A stretch of 50,863 nucleotides of DNA, taken from assembly GCF_006345805.1 (NCBI RefSeq), contig NW_021834161.1, forward strand, positions 1-50,863. The letters are read 5' to 3'. Below the pieces are notes generated by a model. The model was not told the DNA's origin. It saw nothing but the letters and a program-made list of their open reading frames with translations, and did no database searches. Both the position numbers and the translations under genes were made by a program. The stretch comes from Octopus sinensis. Taxonomy: Eukaryota. Shown in pieces: positions 38,303 to 50,500 of the stretch (its first letter is position 1; each line of letters opens with the position of its first letter).

Positions 38303-38740
38303 TAGTAATCCCTCGCCATATCGCGGTTTACCTGTCACTCAATGAATACATCGCGGGTTTTCCTGGCTAACAAATGTAAATTTATATCGCGGACTCCTCA
38401 GTATGTCGCGAGTTTCTGCGGCCGATAGGTAATACCTCGCCATATCGCGGTGCATCTATTACTCAATGAATACATCGTGGATTTTCCTGGCAAACATATG
38501 TAAATTTATATCGCGGACTCCTCAGTATATCGCGAGTTTCTGCGGCTGATACGTGTTTATATTTTTTCTTCAGATTTTAATTATTTATGCGGTAAAATAA
38601 GCATTTTCACGCCTAAAATTTAAGAAATCATTAAATATAAATACAATACAGTACTGCACCGTATAACACATTAATCAAAATTTATTAAAAGAAAATACAT
38701 AGTTGTACCGTGGATCAGTGAAGAAGGAATCGCAAATACT
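38303..38740 (+). mobile_element. Tigger/pogo-like non-autonomous DNA element with a tandemly duplicated left end (124-bp period)
   Basis: TAGTAATCCCTCGCCATATCGCGG resembles Tigger TIRs. Units are 38305-38428 and 38429-38551. Confidence 0.6.
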
Positions 38741-38829
38741 GATTGGAAAACGATACTCGGGAGGCGAATGTGTTGTAATGTTTTGCATTTATAATAAAAT
38801 AAATATACAGAAATTACAAAAGTAATAAA

Positions 38830-39065
38830 ATACCGCTAACGATCGCAAGACCGTGGTTTCAATCCCTGGACCGGATTGTGCGTTGTGTTCTTGTACAACA
38901 AAGTTCATGTCACGTTGCTCCGCCATCGCTTCGGCATGTAACGTATGATACACCGTGTGCGCCTGTTCAGGAAACGTCGATGGAAAGCGTGAACTAACGT
39001 GCGGCACGAACATTTCGTCACTAGGGGGACAAACCCTTTTCTGCAGGTCGTTCAGCAAGAAACTG
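38830..39065 (+). mobile_element. SINE family D, diverged
   Basis: GTGGTTTCAATCCCTGGACCGG...GCGTTGTGTTCTTG...CCTGTTCAGG, collinear with 45125-45360. Confidence 0.7.
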
Positions 39066-39096
39066 TACAACCACCACAACCACCACCACCACCACC

Positions 39097-39151
<55 letters not shown>

Positions 39152-39164
39152 AACTACTAAATAA

Positions 39165-39272
39165 TAATAATAATAATCATAATCTTTTCTATTCCATGCA
39201 CAGGGCACGAAATTTTGGGGAAGGGGCCGGTTGATTAGATCGACTGCAGTACGCAACTGGTACTTAATTTTT
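39165..39272 (-). mobile_element. SINE family A (A2), 3' fragment with an (ATT)n tail
   Basis: AATAATCATAATCTTTTCTATTCC...GAAATTTTGGGGAAGGGG...CAGTACGCAACTGGTACTTAATTT. Confidence 0.75.
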
Positions 39273-39983
39273 ACTCGTACCACGAGAGACTACCGAGGTG
39301 TGTATGCATGTACGTGAGTGTATATGTGTATGTGTGCGCACGCGTACAAGTATTAATAGTAAAACCATTTCCTGTTTAACATACTTAACCCGTGTGTATC
39401 ATAGATAAGCTAAAACCCCATTCTCTTTTCCTCCCACACCCCGACTAAATATTCAGTGGCATCTCCCATTATCACTGCTCTTTATAAATTTGTTCCCGGT
39501 TTTAATCCTGCCCCCAATAATTGTCCTTACCCCCACTTTTCTCCTCCTGTAAATATTTCGCTGATACCCCGTTTCTCCCTTCACTGCAATTACCGAAGAT
39601 TTAACTGCCATGCAAGGTACCCCTCCATATAATTCTCCGCTTCAGTACCTGTTACTCTTTAATTAGTATTTGCTTCATTATTGTTTCAATTCTCATTCTA
39701 ATTATCCGTCCCTCACACTCTGCTTTACCCTATCCAATAAACCCCACCCCCATCCCACATCCCACATCCCATTCTCCAAAACAGAGATTCACCAATTTTT
39801 TATTTTCCCTGACGTTATCATCTTACTTCAGTGAACATCGATTCCCTCTTCACCATTATTCCAACGAATGTCCAAAAAACTGCCCTCACATTCGTTTCCT
39901 CTTCAATGCATTTGGGTCTGCCTTTCTCACTTGCAATTGCCCTCTTCCTTTTACCATTTCCTTCGAACCAATCCTTGAACTTG

Positions 39984-40044
<61 letters not shown>

Positions 40045-41299
40045 CACTCAACCACACACACACAGACACAAACACACACATTCCTGAATCTCCATCGAAT
40101 TCCTTAATCCATCTTTCACTTTTCTTACGCCCAATCACAGTCTGCCACCCATTTCTGCTCCCTATTTTCCAAATCCTGGCTCCTTCATTCCCTCATTCCC
40201 TCACCCACTCACCTCTGCTTGATGCTGTTCAATGTCTGCTCCACTCCCCCCACTTCTTATTGCCCAATCAAAGTGTTATGTTCAACTCCGGTACCTCCTC
40301 ACTTATTTTAGCCCCTTTAATTACTTTCGCTACACCAAATTTAAACTACTCCCACTTCACACTTCTCTCCAAATCTTGGTCATATCCACCATTCCTCTCC
40401 CTCTCTCTTCTCTTTCACCCCACCTCTGTCTTTCTTCTCCCTATTCTCTCTCATTCTGCCTCTCTCTCTCTCTCTCTATCACTCTGTCACATTCTCTCTT
40501 TCCTGTATTTCTCTCTCTCTCATTCGCCCTCTCTCTTAAATGTTTCCCTTCCATTCTCTACTTTCTGTTCATTGACAATAATTCACCATTTTCTTCCTTC
40601 TTCTGGTCCAATACTCTACGCGAACCTTCTTTCTTCATGTCTCATGGTCGTTTATATACCTTCGTAAAAGCCGCGCAATCCCAGCTCGAACCCACGCTAC
40701 CACTCTAATCTCGTACCATTTCTCGTCACGTGCCGCAGTCTCGTTGTTCTAATGTCGAAAATCAAATCCGGAGAACTGAACAAGAAAATTGACAGGTGAT
40801 GAAAATTTGATGCCATCGGATCGAAAATTAATTAAAGCCTAGGAATCGAACATGAACACCACCATCACCACCACGTCAACAACCACTACTACAGCTGCTC
40901 CTGCTGCTACTGCCGCTTTTCCCGTTGCTTCTTCTGCTCTAGAGAGCAGCATTGCTTGTTGCACAGTATTAATATTGCAACGTGTTACTTTTTTTTCGGT
41001 GTAGAAGAAGTCGGAAAGAGGGAGGAAGAGAGAGAGAGGGAGAGTGAGTAAATAAAACGGCATGGGTTTTTTTAAAAATAGCTTCGTAAACATTTGGCAT
41101 CTGGTTCGATTCCGATACGCGACATCTTTGATTTCACAGTTTCGCCAAGATTTAGCTGCGCCGCGGAAGCTTTTCTAAAATTCATTGTCCTTTTGTGACC
41201 CTCTCTCCTTCTCACTCTTTAAATCTCTCTATCTCTCTTTTTCTCTCTCTCTTCTTCTCTTTCTCTCCTTCTCTCTCTCACTCTCTTTGTATTGCGACG

Positions 41300-42650
41300 A
41301 TGTGGGCCCCCATTACAACGAGGCTTTTGCGTCCAATGTATTCAAGGACCGCACCTCTTATATATATCGGGCCCTAACACCCATATAAAGCATCACTATA
41401 AATTCGTTCGGTTTGCCTCGCCCTTCTCATGCAACGTCAAGACTTGTGAGCGAAGGATATTAGTTAACAAACACCTCACACAGTCTCATAGATACCTGCA
41501 TGCAGGGGTTAACAATGAGTGCCCATTGGTGGTGAGGGTCGATGTAGATCCAAATTCTATGAGGCTGAGATGGCGAACGGTAGGAGCGAGTGCAGCAGCA
41601 GCGTTGACAGAAACAACACCATCAATGGCCGCAGCAATTACAGCAGCAGCACGACAGGAAACAGCTCTGCTTCGACAGTAATAACAACAACTACAACTAC
41701 TGCACCAGCAATTGCTCCGTTATTTTCCTAGGCAGCAGCTGCGACAACCCCTCCGTGTCACGTCCAGTAATGATCATCATCATCATTGTTCGACCGTGGT
41801 CAAGACAATGGAATTTACCATGCTACGCCAGACTTCACGGTCCATCATGGCATTATGGAGGTCCTGTTGCTGGATGCCTGTATCCCTGGAGATTACATCA
41901 GGGTAGGAGAGTGTGTGCCCTCTGGTATTGCGAGTAGATGGCTTCCAGAGGAGAAGAGTAGAAATTGCCTCATTTTCAGCTCTACATCAATGTCCAGCAA
42001 ACTGGACTCTCCTACCTTTCACAAGAGATCACACAGGTGGTAGTTTCCCCATATATTTGCATTTTGGTTGGATGGCGCTTCCACGAGAGATTTTGAGCTC
42101 TCATAAGGAGGCAAGTGTAGGTTCCATCCAGCCGCCTCTCAAGCTTCTTTGATAACGTCCAGGTTTCTGAGCCATATAGTAGAATTGGTTCGACTGTGGC
42201 TTTGAAGATTTCAAGTTTGAAGTCTCAGTAATGATAGTAACGACAGCAGGGATCCCAGCACCACCACAAACACCAGCAACGGGTCCATAAGGGACAACAC
42301 CAGCAGCGATAACGACGGCAATAGTAACAGCTACAACACCATCAGCGCAAGGGCATTGACATGGAAATATTTGGGATCTGGAGGCGGCCAATTCAAGCAT
42401 CATTTTAGCAATCACAGGTCATCCATTACGATACCAGAGCGGCGCAACATCATGTAGCTGGCTGGCTACGTATCAGATTCAAAAAGGAGTGTACGCCACA
42501 CATAATAAGTGGCAGCACTTAGAGCAACTAATCCAGTACCGTTGCTTGGCCGAAAGAGCAAGAAACCTGAAAAACTCACTTGGCCCAGGGCCAAAAAAGA
42601 GCTGTGCATCCAGTGCCTCCATCAGACGGAATTCGTGTTGGGAAACATGG
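41300..42650 (+). mobile_element. Penelope-like element relic (RT thumb/linker plus GIY-YIG endonuclease), interrupted by an RTE-X insertion
   Basis: PHYNEAF..NVFKD; VRFASPFSCNVKT..LVNKHLTQSHRY; ECP.GGEGRC..FYEAEM; KYLGSGGGQFKHHFSNHRSS...LAGYVSD...C.QCL. These are all PLE C-terminal motifs. Confidence 0.8.
41775..42225 (-). mobile_element. 5'-truncated RTE-X-type LINE with a (TGA)n tail and a perfect 10-bp TSD
   Basis: FKLEIFKATVEPILLYGSETWTLSKKLERRLDGTYT.LLMRAQNLSWKRHPTK..IYG...DREVWRSMV. The TSD CAGTAATGAT lies at 41765-41774 and 42226-42235. Confidence 0.9.
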
Positions 42651-42672
42651 AATTCCCCATTTGCTGACAAAC

Positions 42673-43028
42673 TGCGTGGCAACTTGGGCAAGTGTCTTCT
42701 ATTATAGCCTCGGGCCGACCAAAGCTTTGTGAGTGGATTTGGCAGACGGAAACTGAAAGAAGCCCGTCGTATATGTGTATATATATATGTATATATATGT
42801 ATGTGAGTGCATATGCTTGTGTATCTGTGTTTGTCCCCACAACATCGCTTGACAACCGATGCTGGTGTGTTTACGTCCCCGTAATTTAGCAGTTCGGTAA
42901 AAGCCGCCGATTGAATAAGTACTAGGCTTAAAAAGAATAAGTCCTGAGGTCGATTAGTTCCACTAAAAGGCGGTGCTCCAGCATGGCCCCAGTCAAATGA
43001 CTGAAACGAGTAAATGAGTAAATGAGTA
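42673..43028 (+). mobile_element. SINE family B, 5'-truncated
   Basis: ACTGCGTGGCAACTTGGGCAAGTGTCTTC through GGTGCTCCAGCATGGCCCCAGTCAAATGACTGAAACGAG(TAAATGAG)n. Confidence 0.92.
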
Positions 43029-43074
43029 TATATATATATAATATATATATATTATATATATATATAATATATAT

Positions 43075-43235
43075 ATAGGGAGAGTTTACAAAATAAAACA
43101 AAGACGAAGGCAGGTGGTGTACAAAACAAAGAGATGTACTAGTATAACGCTCAGGAATAGAAAAAGTCTGTCACGCTTCGATCCTACGCTCTTCTACAGA
43201 AAGGGACACAGAAAAAAACAAGGAGAGAAAAAATG
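43075..43235 (-). mobile_element. Penelope-type terminal repeat, second subfamily, with a hammerhead-like motif
   Basis: Reverse complement CTTTCTGTAGAAGAGCGTAGGATCGAAGCGTGACAG, followed by TTCCTGAGCGT as in the 24.1-kb and 27.2-kb copies. Confidence 0.5.
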
Positions 43236-43286
43236 TATATATATATATATATATAATATATATATATATAATATATATATATATAT

Positions 43287-43294
43287 CTATATAT

Positions 43295-43364
<70 letters not shown>

Positions 43365-43400
43365 TGATAGATAGATAGATAGATTGATAGATAGATATAT
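43287..43400. repeat. (GATA)n array
   Basis: Direct reading. Confidence 0.95.
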
Positions 43401-44976
43401 AGATATATGTGTGTGTATATGTATATATGCGCGTGCGTATACGTGTGGCCCATATAGTTAGGTATGTTTGAGATATCGGGCAACACTTTTCCTGTTATTA
43501 ATTTTGTTAATCCGTTACTGTGTAGAATAATTTTTACATTGAAATAATTTTTAATAAGAAACGAATACAGAATTAATAAACAAATATTTGATTTCCTGAA
43601 AAAATATTTGATAACAGTGAGTGTAACGATTTAGTCATGTTTGCTGTGATGGACTCGGTCTGTTTTCGCACACTCACAAGCAAATAGCTGGCGATTTTTT
43701 TATATATGTATGTATGTAGATATGTATATATGTATCTATGTAATGTGTGTATGTATTATGTGTGTGTATGTATGTATTTACGTACGTACGTAGGTATGCC
43801 TATACGTATGTGCCTACGTATACGTATGTATGTATCTCTGTGTCTGTCTCTGTGTCTGTCTATCTAACTATCTCTCTCTTTCTCTATCCATCTATCTATC
43901 TTTTTATATATCTATCTATCTATCTATTCGTCTATGTATGTATGTATCTATCTATCTATCTTTCTCTATCCATCTATCTATCTTTTTATCTATCTATCTA
44001 TCTATTCGTCTATGTATGTATGTATCTATATATATCTCTCTCTCTATATATATATGTTTGTGTGTGTGTATGTATATACATATATGTATGTATATATATA
44101 TATACATATATATTTTTGTCTGTCTATCTATGTGCCTCTCTACCTATCTATGTCTCTCTCTCTCTCTCTCTCTCTCTTTGTACATATACATATATATATA
44201 TATATCTTTCTATCTGTCCACCCACCTATATGCCTACCTACCTACCCATCAATATATCCGCCTGAGAATTTCTCTTATTCTAACCCTGTTACAGATTTCT
44301 CCTTTTCCGTTTTTTTTTCCTTTTCTCTCTTAAATACCGGTGATTGCATTAATATTTCAATTTCAATCTACCTCCTCCATTTTTTCTGTCTTTCTCCACC
44401 ACATACTCCCCTCCCCCCTTCTCTCTCTATCTCTCTATTTCCCTCTCTCTCTCGTTCTTTCACGCCTTTCTTCCACTTTGTCTCTTCTCCCTCCTCCTTT
44501 AAATACTGTAACAATGGCAAAAAGTTTGTTTACGTATAATTCAAAATTTCTCCTACCGCAAGTCCCACGGATAAATTGTATAATAAAGGAAAATGTGAGT
44601 CTGAAATATCTTAGAACAGGAAATTAAAAACAAACCAGGCAAACAAACAGAAACAATCGCGTATAATACATACAAAAATGAGAGAAATTAAATAATATGA
44701 GCGAGGCGTTAAAACGTTGTACGTTTTCTTGTTTTGCTTTTTCAGACTCGCAGATATTAAGTTTAAGTCGTCTTCTCATATAAACAATAGCCTTTAATGG
44801 AGAGTGTAAAAACTCAGCTATGTTTTCGTGAATTGCCAAAAGGACAAAGGTGGATACTTTAAGATGGCGATATTACAACATAAGTATATGATGAAAACTA
44901 TAGGCAATTCAAAACGAGCGACATATGTATATATACATATATATTATATATATATATATATATATTATATATAATA

Positions 44977-45028
<52 letters not shown>

Positions 45029-45124
45029 TATATATATAGATATTAGGTTTAATATTAAATATATTCTAATCTGTAGCATATACATGATGTGTAAGTGCAT
45101 GTATGTATGTATGTATATATATAC

Positions 45125-45360
45125 GTGTCGCATAGTTTAGTGGTTAGGGTATTACTTTTATGATTGCGAGATCGGAGGTTCGATTCCCAGACCGGGCGAT
45201 GCGTTGTGTTCTTGTGCAAAGCACTTCATTTCACATTGCTCTGCGATCATTTCGTCGTCTGACACGTGGAGTGTGGTGCACCTGTACAGGTAATGTCAAT
45301 TTCATGGAGGGAGTGAGCTTATGTGTACACAGACATTTGATCACTATAAACAAATCATAC
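45125..45360 (+). mobile_element. tRNA-derived SINE family D
   Basis: GTTTAGTGGTTAGGGTATT...GAGGTTCGATTCCCAGACCGGGCG has A and B boxes. The body is GCACCTGTACAGGTAATGTC...ACATTTGATCACTATAAACAAATC. Confidence 0.85.
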
Positions 45361-45387
45361 ATCGTCTAACGGCTGGAGAGTCAATAA

Positions 45388-45875
<488 letters not shown>

Positions 45876-45881
45876 ATGCAA

Positions 45882-45925
<44 letters not shown>

Positions 45926-46139
45926 TCTGGAATTCAACTAAATTTAAAAAGCTAAATTTAAAAGATTTAAAAGAATCTTTTTAAATTTAGCTAAATTCTA
46001 TATTTTCATGCAGCTGAAGATTTCTCTACATTTTAAAACTGATTAAATGCAGTCGCATGAAACGATCGTACTGCATTACCTCTGGATATCCTTGTTGCTT
46101 ATTTTGATTACATATATATATATATATATGTGTGTGTGC

Positions 46140-46187
<48 letters not shown>

Positions 46188-47179
46188 TCTAGTGTATATA
46201 ACGGAACCGATATCGCCATAGTAGTTACTCTCAAAACTAATCACCGCCGTCTCAACTTGACGTTTGAGCTTACAATTAGCTTCCATGTTGACACCAACCA
46301 GAGCAGATCAGCGATCTTTTCGAGATGCAAATTGATCGTGCTGATAATGTAAAACCTGACATTTCTTTAGAGCGTTAATATGCTTTTGTGCTAACCTCAC
46401 AAATAACGTTAAGAAACTATTCTGTTTAACGGCATTTTGTCCAGTTCGACATTATTTTGTGTTTTAAAGAAAGCACGTTGTAAAATAACAGATAGAGAAA
46501 CAAAAGAATTCAATTGTGATGGTAATTAAAGAATAAAAAAAGACATTGAAATCAGATTCTAAACCATTCTTTTTTTTTCTTGTTTATATTTATTTTTTAT
46601 TCCTTTAATTTTAATTTGAATAGCCACGGGAGAATATTCCAGAAAAATGTTGCCTTGCTTTTAGACATGTAAATTCCTTATTTTATTTTTGTTTTTGGTC
46701 TGTTTTGTAGCCATTATTCTTTTTCCTCGTTTCCAAATTACCATCTGTTTTATGTGCAGAGAAAAGAATACCAGCTCTATCTAAAACGATATAAAAGTGA
46801 GATTACAACAGAGCATAGGTGGTGGTTTTCGAAGCATACTGTGGCCCGAGGAGAACAATTCTTACTTCTTGTGGGAAGCTAGCAGGAAGTAAGAACTCCC
46901 GTAACTAAATGTGGCCGAAATACCATTGGGTACTTAGCTGCAAGCAAATAACAATGGAACAGGAAATTATAATTATGTTTATTATTTTTATCATTATAGT
47001 ACATACGTTGAAGTTCCAACAAACACCTGCTCTTTGGTTTGCACATACAAACACACACACACACACACATTTTTTATTTGTGTGTGTGTAACGTAAGTTT
47101 GGAAAAAAAAATCCATTGGTTTCACATCTAGCGTGAACTAGACATCTCTCTAAACGATAATTTTTTTTCTGTAAAGAAT

Positions 47180-47520
47180 GTTTGTTTTAAAACACAAAAC
47201 TTCTAGAGTGTGCCAAGCAAAAATAGCCTCAAACGGAAGCAGCACAAATATCAATAACATCAATGCCAACACAGGGACACAAACAAAAATTTATGTCGGA
47301 TCTTGTGAATCCAGATTTAAAGTTTGCCTGAACAACCATAGACCTATTTCAGGGTTCCAGATAGACGCATCACAACAACAATTGCAGCATACGTATGGCG
47401 CCTAAACGACGATCATACGCCCTTTAATATCAGGTGGAAATTATTGGAAACTTTAGGTCCCTATCGTAATGGAACAAGACTTTGTAAATTGTATTTGGTA
47501 GAACGATTAAGAATTCTCGC
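47180..47520 (+). mobile_element. Penelope-like GIY-YIG endonuclease fragment
   Basis: CQAKI...KIYVGSCESRFKVCLNNH/SYFRVPDRRITTTIAAYVWRLNDDH..FNIRWKLLETLGPYRNGTRLCKLYLVERLRIL, with one frameshift. Confidence 0.88.
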
Positions 47521-47598
47521 CATAGCCAAAGTACGATTGAAGAAATGGCTCTTTCCTTCCCGGTTCAAGGAAGGAGGCGCGACAATATTTCATATATG

Positions 47599-50500
47599 TT
47601 TCTTTATTAGCCCACAGGGTGCACACAGATAGAACAAATTACAAGGTAGAGCTTTTCTTTTGAAGGTTTTAAAAAAAAAAAAAAAGGGGAAGGGGGAGTT
47701 TCGATCAAAAGGGATCGTAAAAGGAGGAGAAAGAGGACAAAAAAAGGGGGGTTAAAAAAAAAAAAAAAAGGGGGAGAGGAAAAAAAAATTGATCAATAGG
47801 GATCGTTATCACAGAAATGTCAATATGAAGTGTAAAGGGGGGACAGGTGAGGTTTACCCGTGGAAAGAAAAGCCTACGGAAAAGACACAGTAACCTCGGT
47901 CAATGAAGTCACATTTTATATTTTTTTTTTTTTTTTTTTTTTGCAAATAAGCAACTCTCTGTTTTCGATTTCTGAGTTCATAGGACTATGCTCAAGTGGC
48001 TTCGTCATTCATACGTGCCATTCTTGCTACATTCACCCATCTTTTTTTAAAACATTCGCTAGAGACAAAACTTGCCTCTCTACTCTCACTTTCCTTTTCA
48101 AGTGGTACTTGAAGAAGTTGATGAGAGATTGACCAGAGAGGAAAGTGTTTGTCTCCAATCCTTTCAGACGACGTCCACCAGATACATTCTTTCGCCATAG
48201 CCACAAGGATGATGAAAATAGCTCTTCCTTCCCGTTTGAAGGAAGGAGGCGTGACAATATTGACGATAGACTCAGCTGATAAAACGACTCGTCCCACACG
48301 TGACAGCAGTTGTTCGACATAAGCCACAGGTCGGAAATTGTTGGACACTGAACGAGTGCGTGCAGAAGGTTTCGTCGCTCTGACCGCATCTCGGGCAGGT
48401 CGGCCCCGTGTTTCTCGAGCCGTGTCTGTAGAGCTTATCCCGAACGGGTAGCGCTTCTCGGTAGCACTGCCAGGCCAGGGATCTCTGGAAGTTGTCCATG
48501 GGCCCTGGCCCGAAAGTCGTCCGAACAGGCGGGTCAGGTACTCCTCGTCGACGTCCAGGTTCGCCCCGAGCTCGTCGTCGTACCTCCCCTCCACTAAACC
48601 CCTATAGAATGCTTTGGTTGTGTTGAAGTCACTTAGGTCGACCCAGGACGGCAGAGTTGCTTGAGAGCAACGCGACACTCGCGGTGCCATTCGCCCTTCC
48701 TCGGCCTCTTTTTGATCCACGACTGCAGTTCGGTCATGGGACGAGCTGCGGGAAAGCGTGCCTCACAAACGGCGACCACACCTGTTCACCGTCGTCTACA
48801 TAGAGCCAGAGATGTCGCAGTCTCAGCGCGTGTCTGCGCATCATCAACCACGGCATGCCCAGTCCTCCTTTTAACGGGTGTTGACAGCAAATGGATCGCC
48901 TGACCATCGGGACGCATCCTTTCCACAAGAAGCGAAAGAGGATGCGTTGTTTGTAGTTTGGTGATGGTAGGGTCGGGACAAGGTACACGGTAGGCGGTAG
49001 TAGATGACGGACGCGATGTACGTGTTCGCCACCTCCGCTCGACCTTTTAGGGACAGTTTCCTCTCGGCCCATTGCCGGGCGAGAGTGACACCCTACTCGT
49101 TATCTCGTTCCAGTTCTTTCTCCACTTGGAGGTCCGGACCAAACCAGACCCCGAGCAACTCAACCGGGCCGTCGGTCCAGCGTCCCACGACGGAGGCGCT
49201 GGTGGACGGCATGGGCTTGCTTCTCCAGGTGCCTAGTCGCAAGCCCACTGACTTTTTCCGGTGATTTTCGCTCCTGTCACCGCTTCGTAGTTTTTCAGTG
49301 TCTCGCCGACCAGCTCGATGTGCTCGTGGCTAGACACTATGACGGTGACGTCGTCCGCGTATGCAGACACGATCGTCCCGCATCCCAATTCTCGCGGGAT
49401 GCCCCTTAGAGTCGCCAGCTTCCGCAGTAGTAGTGGCTCAAGAGTCAATACGTATAGAAGCGCCGAGAGGGGGCATCCCTGACGGACCGAACGTGCAATG
49501 TCGAAAGGTCTCGATAGATGTCCATTTACGCGAATTACCGAACGGATGCCTCTGTACAAGGCAGCTATCCAGCCGCGGAAGACGGGCCCGAAACCAGCCG
49601 CTAAGGACTGCCTCCAAGTATCGATGGTCTACCCTATCAAAGCTTTCGATTGATCCAAGTTGATCAGGGCCCCACCCTGCCAGGTTCGTAACTACCCTGT
49701 ATGATGTAGCGCATCAGAGGAGGTTGTCATGGATGGTCCGGCCTGGCACGGCGCATGTTGCGCCTTGTCGACCAGTTTCTCGATGACAAGCGCCAACCTC
49801 TTGGCTAGCACCTTGGCCAAAATTTTCAAGTCTGCATTAAGCAGAGTGATGGGCCTAAAGTTATCTATTACATTTCCCTTGTTTAGATCTTCTTCAGCAG
49901 TGTACGGCTCCTCGGCTCACAAAACCAGGAATGCTCCCGTTTTGCTGTCAGTGCAGTACACCGCCGCCAAGAAGATCTCCAAACAAGTCTGGCATACAAT
50001 TGTAAAGCTCGTAGGGTAGACATCCAAACCCGGTGGGATTTGTCCCTCGAGCATTCTGCCATCGCTCCCGCACTCCGCCGCGCGTGATGGCACCTTCGCA
50101 GCCACCCTGCCTTTCTTGTCGAGAGAGTCGTGGTAGACTATGTGAGGTAGGCACTGAAGTCCACCTACGTTCTTGCCCTCCATCGTTCCGAACAGTCGGC
50201 AAATGTGCTGCCTGAAAAAGGCCTCACACATTTTACTTGGCTCGAGCAATTCGCGCCCCTGTTCATACTACCAGTGACCGAATGGTGGCTTTGTTGCCCT
50301 GTTGCGCCTCTGCCAACAGCGGCCTCTCTCGCGGCTCCAACACCTTCGTTCCTTAGAGCACGCATCCTAGCTCTGACAGCACATCCTTCGTGTTGGCGTT
50401 GAAGTGTTGGTCGAGGGCCAACCTCGCCGCCAAAAAGTCGGATTGCGATGCGCTTCTAATTGCCTCTTCTAGCTTCTTAACTAGCTCACCCTCTACTCTA

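Noticed and set aside
39831-40667. 278-aa plus-strand ORF, the longest in the track
   Set aside because: It is a pyrimidine-rich (CT)n-containing tract that is depleted of stops. The L/S/P/F/H composition is an artefact, and it has a non-ATG start.
44746-44850. Strong plus-strand acceptor GTTTTCTTGTTTTGCTTTTTCAG and an overlapping minus-strand ORF (44624-44839)
   Set aside because: All plus frames stop within 20 codons, and the minus frame has no convincing splice sites or recognisable domain.
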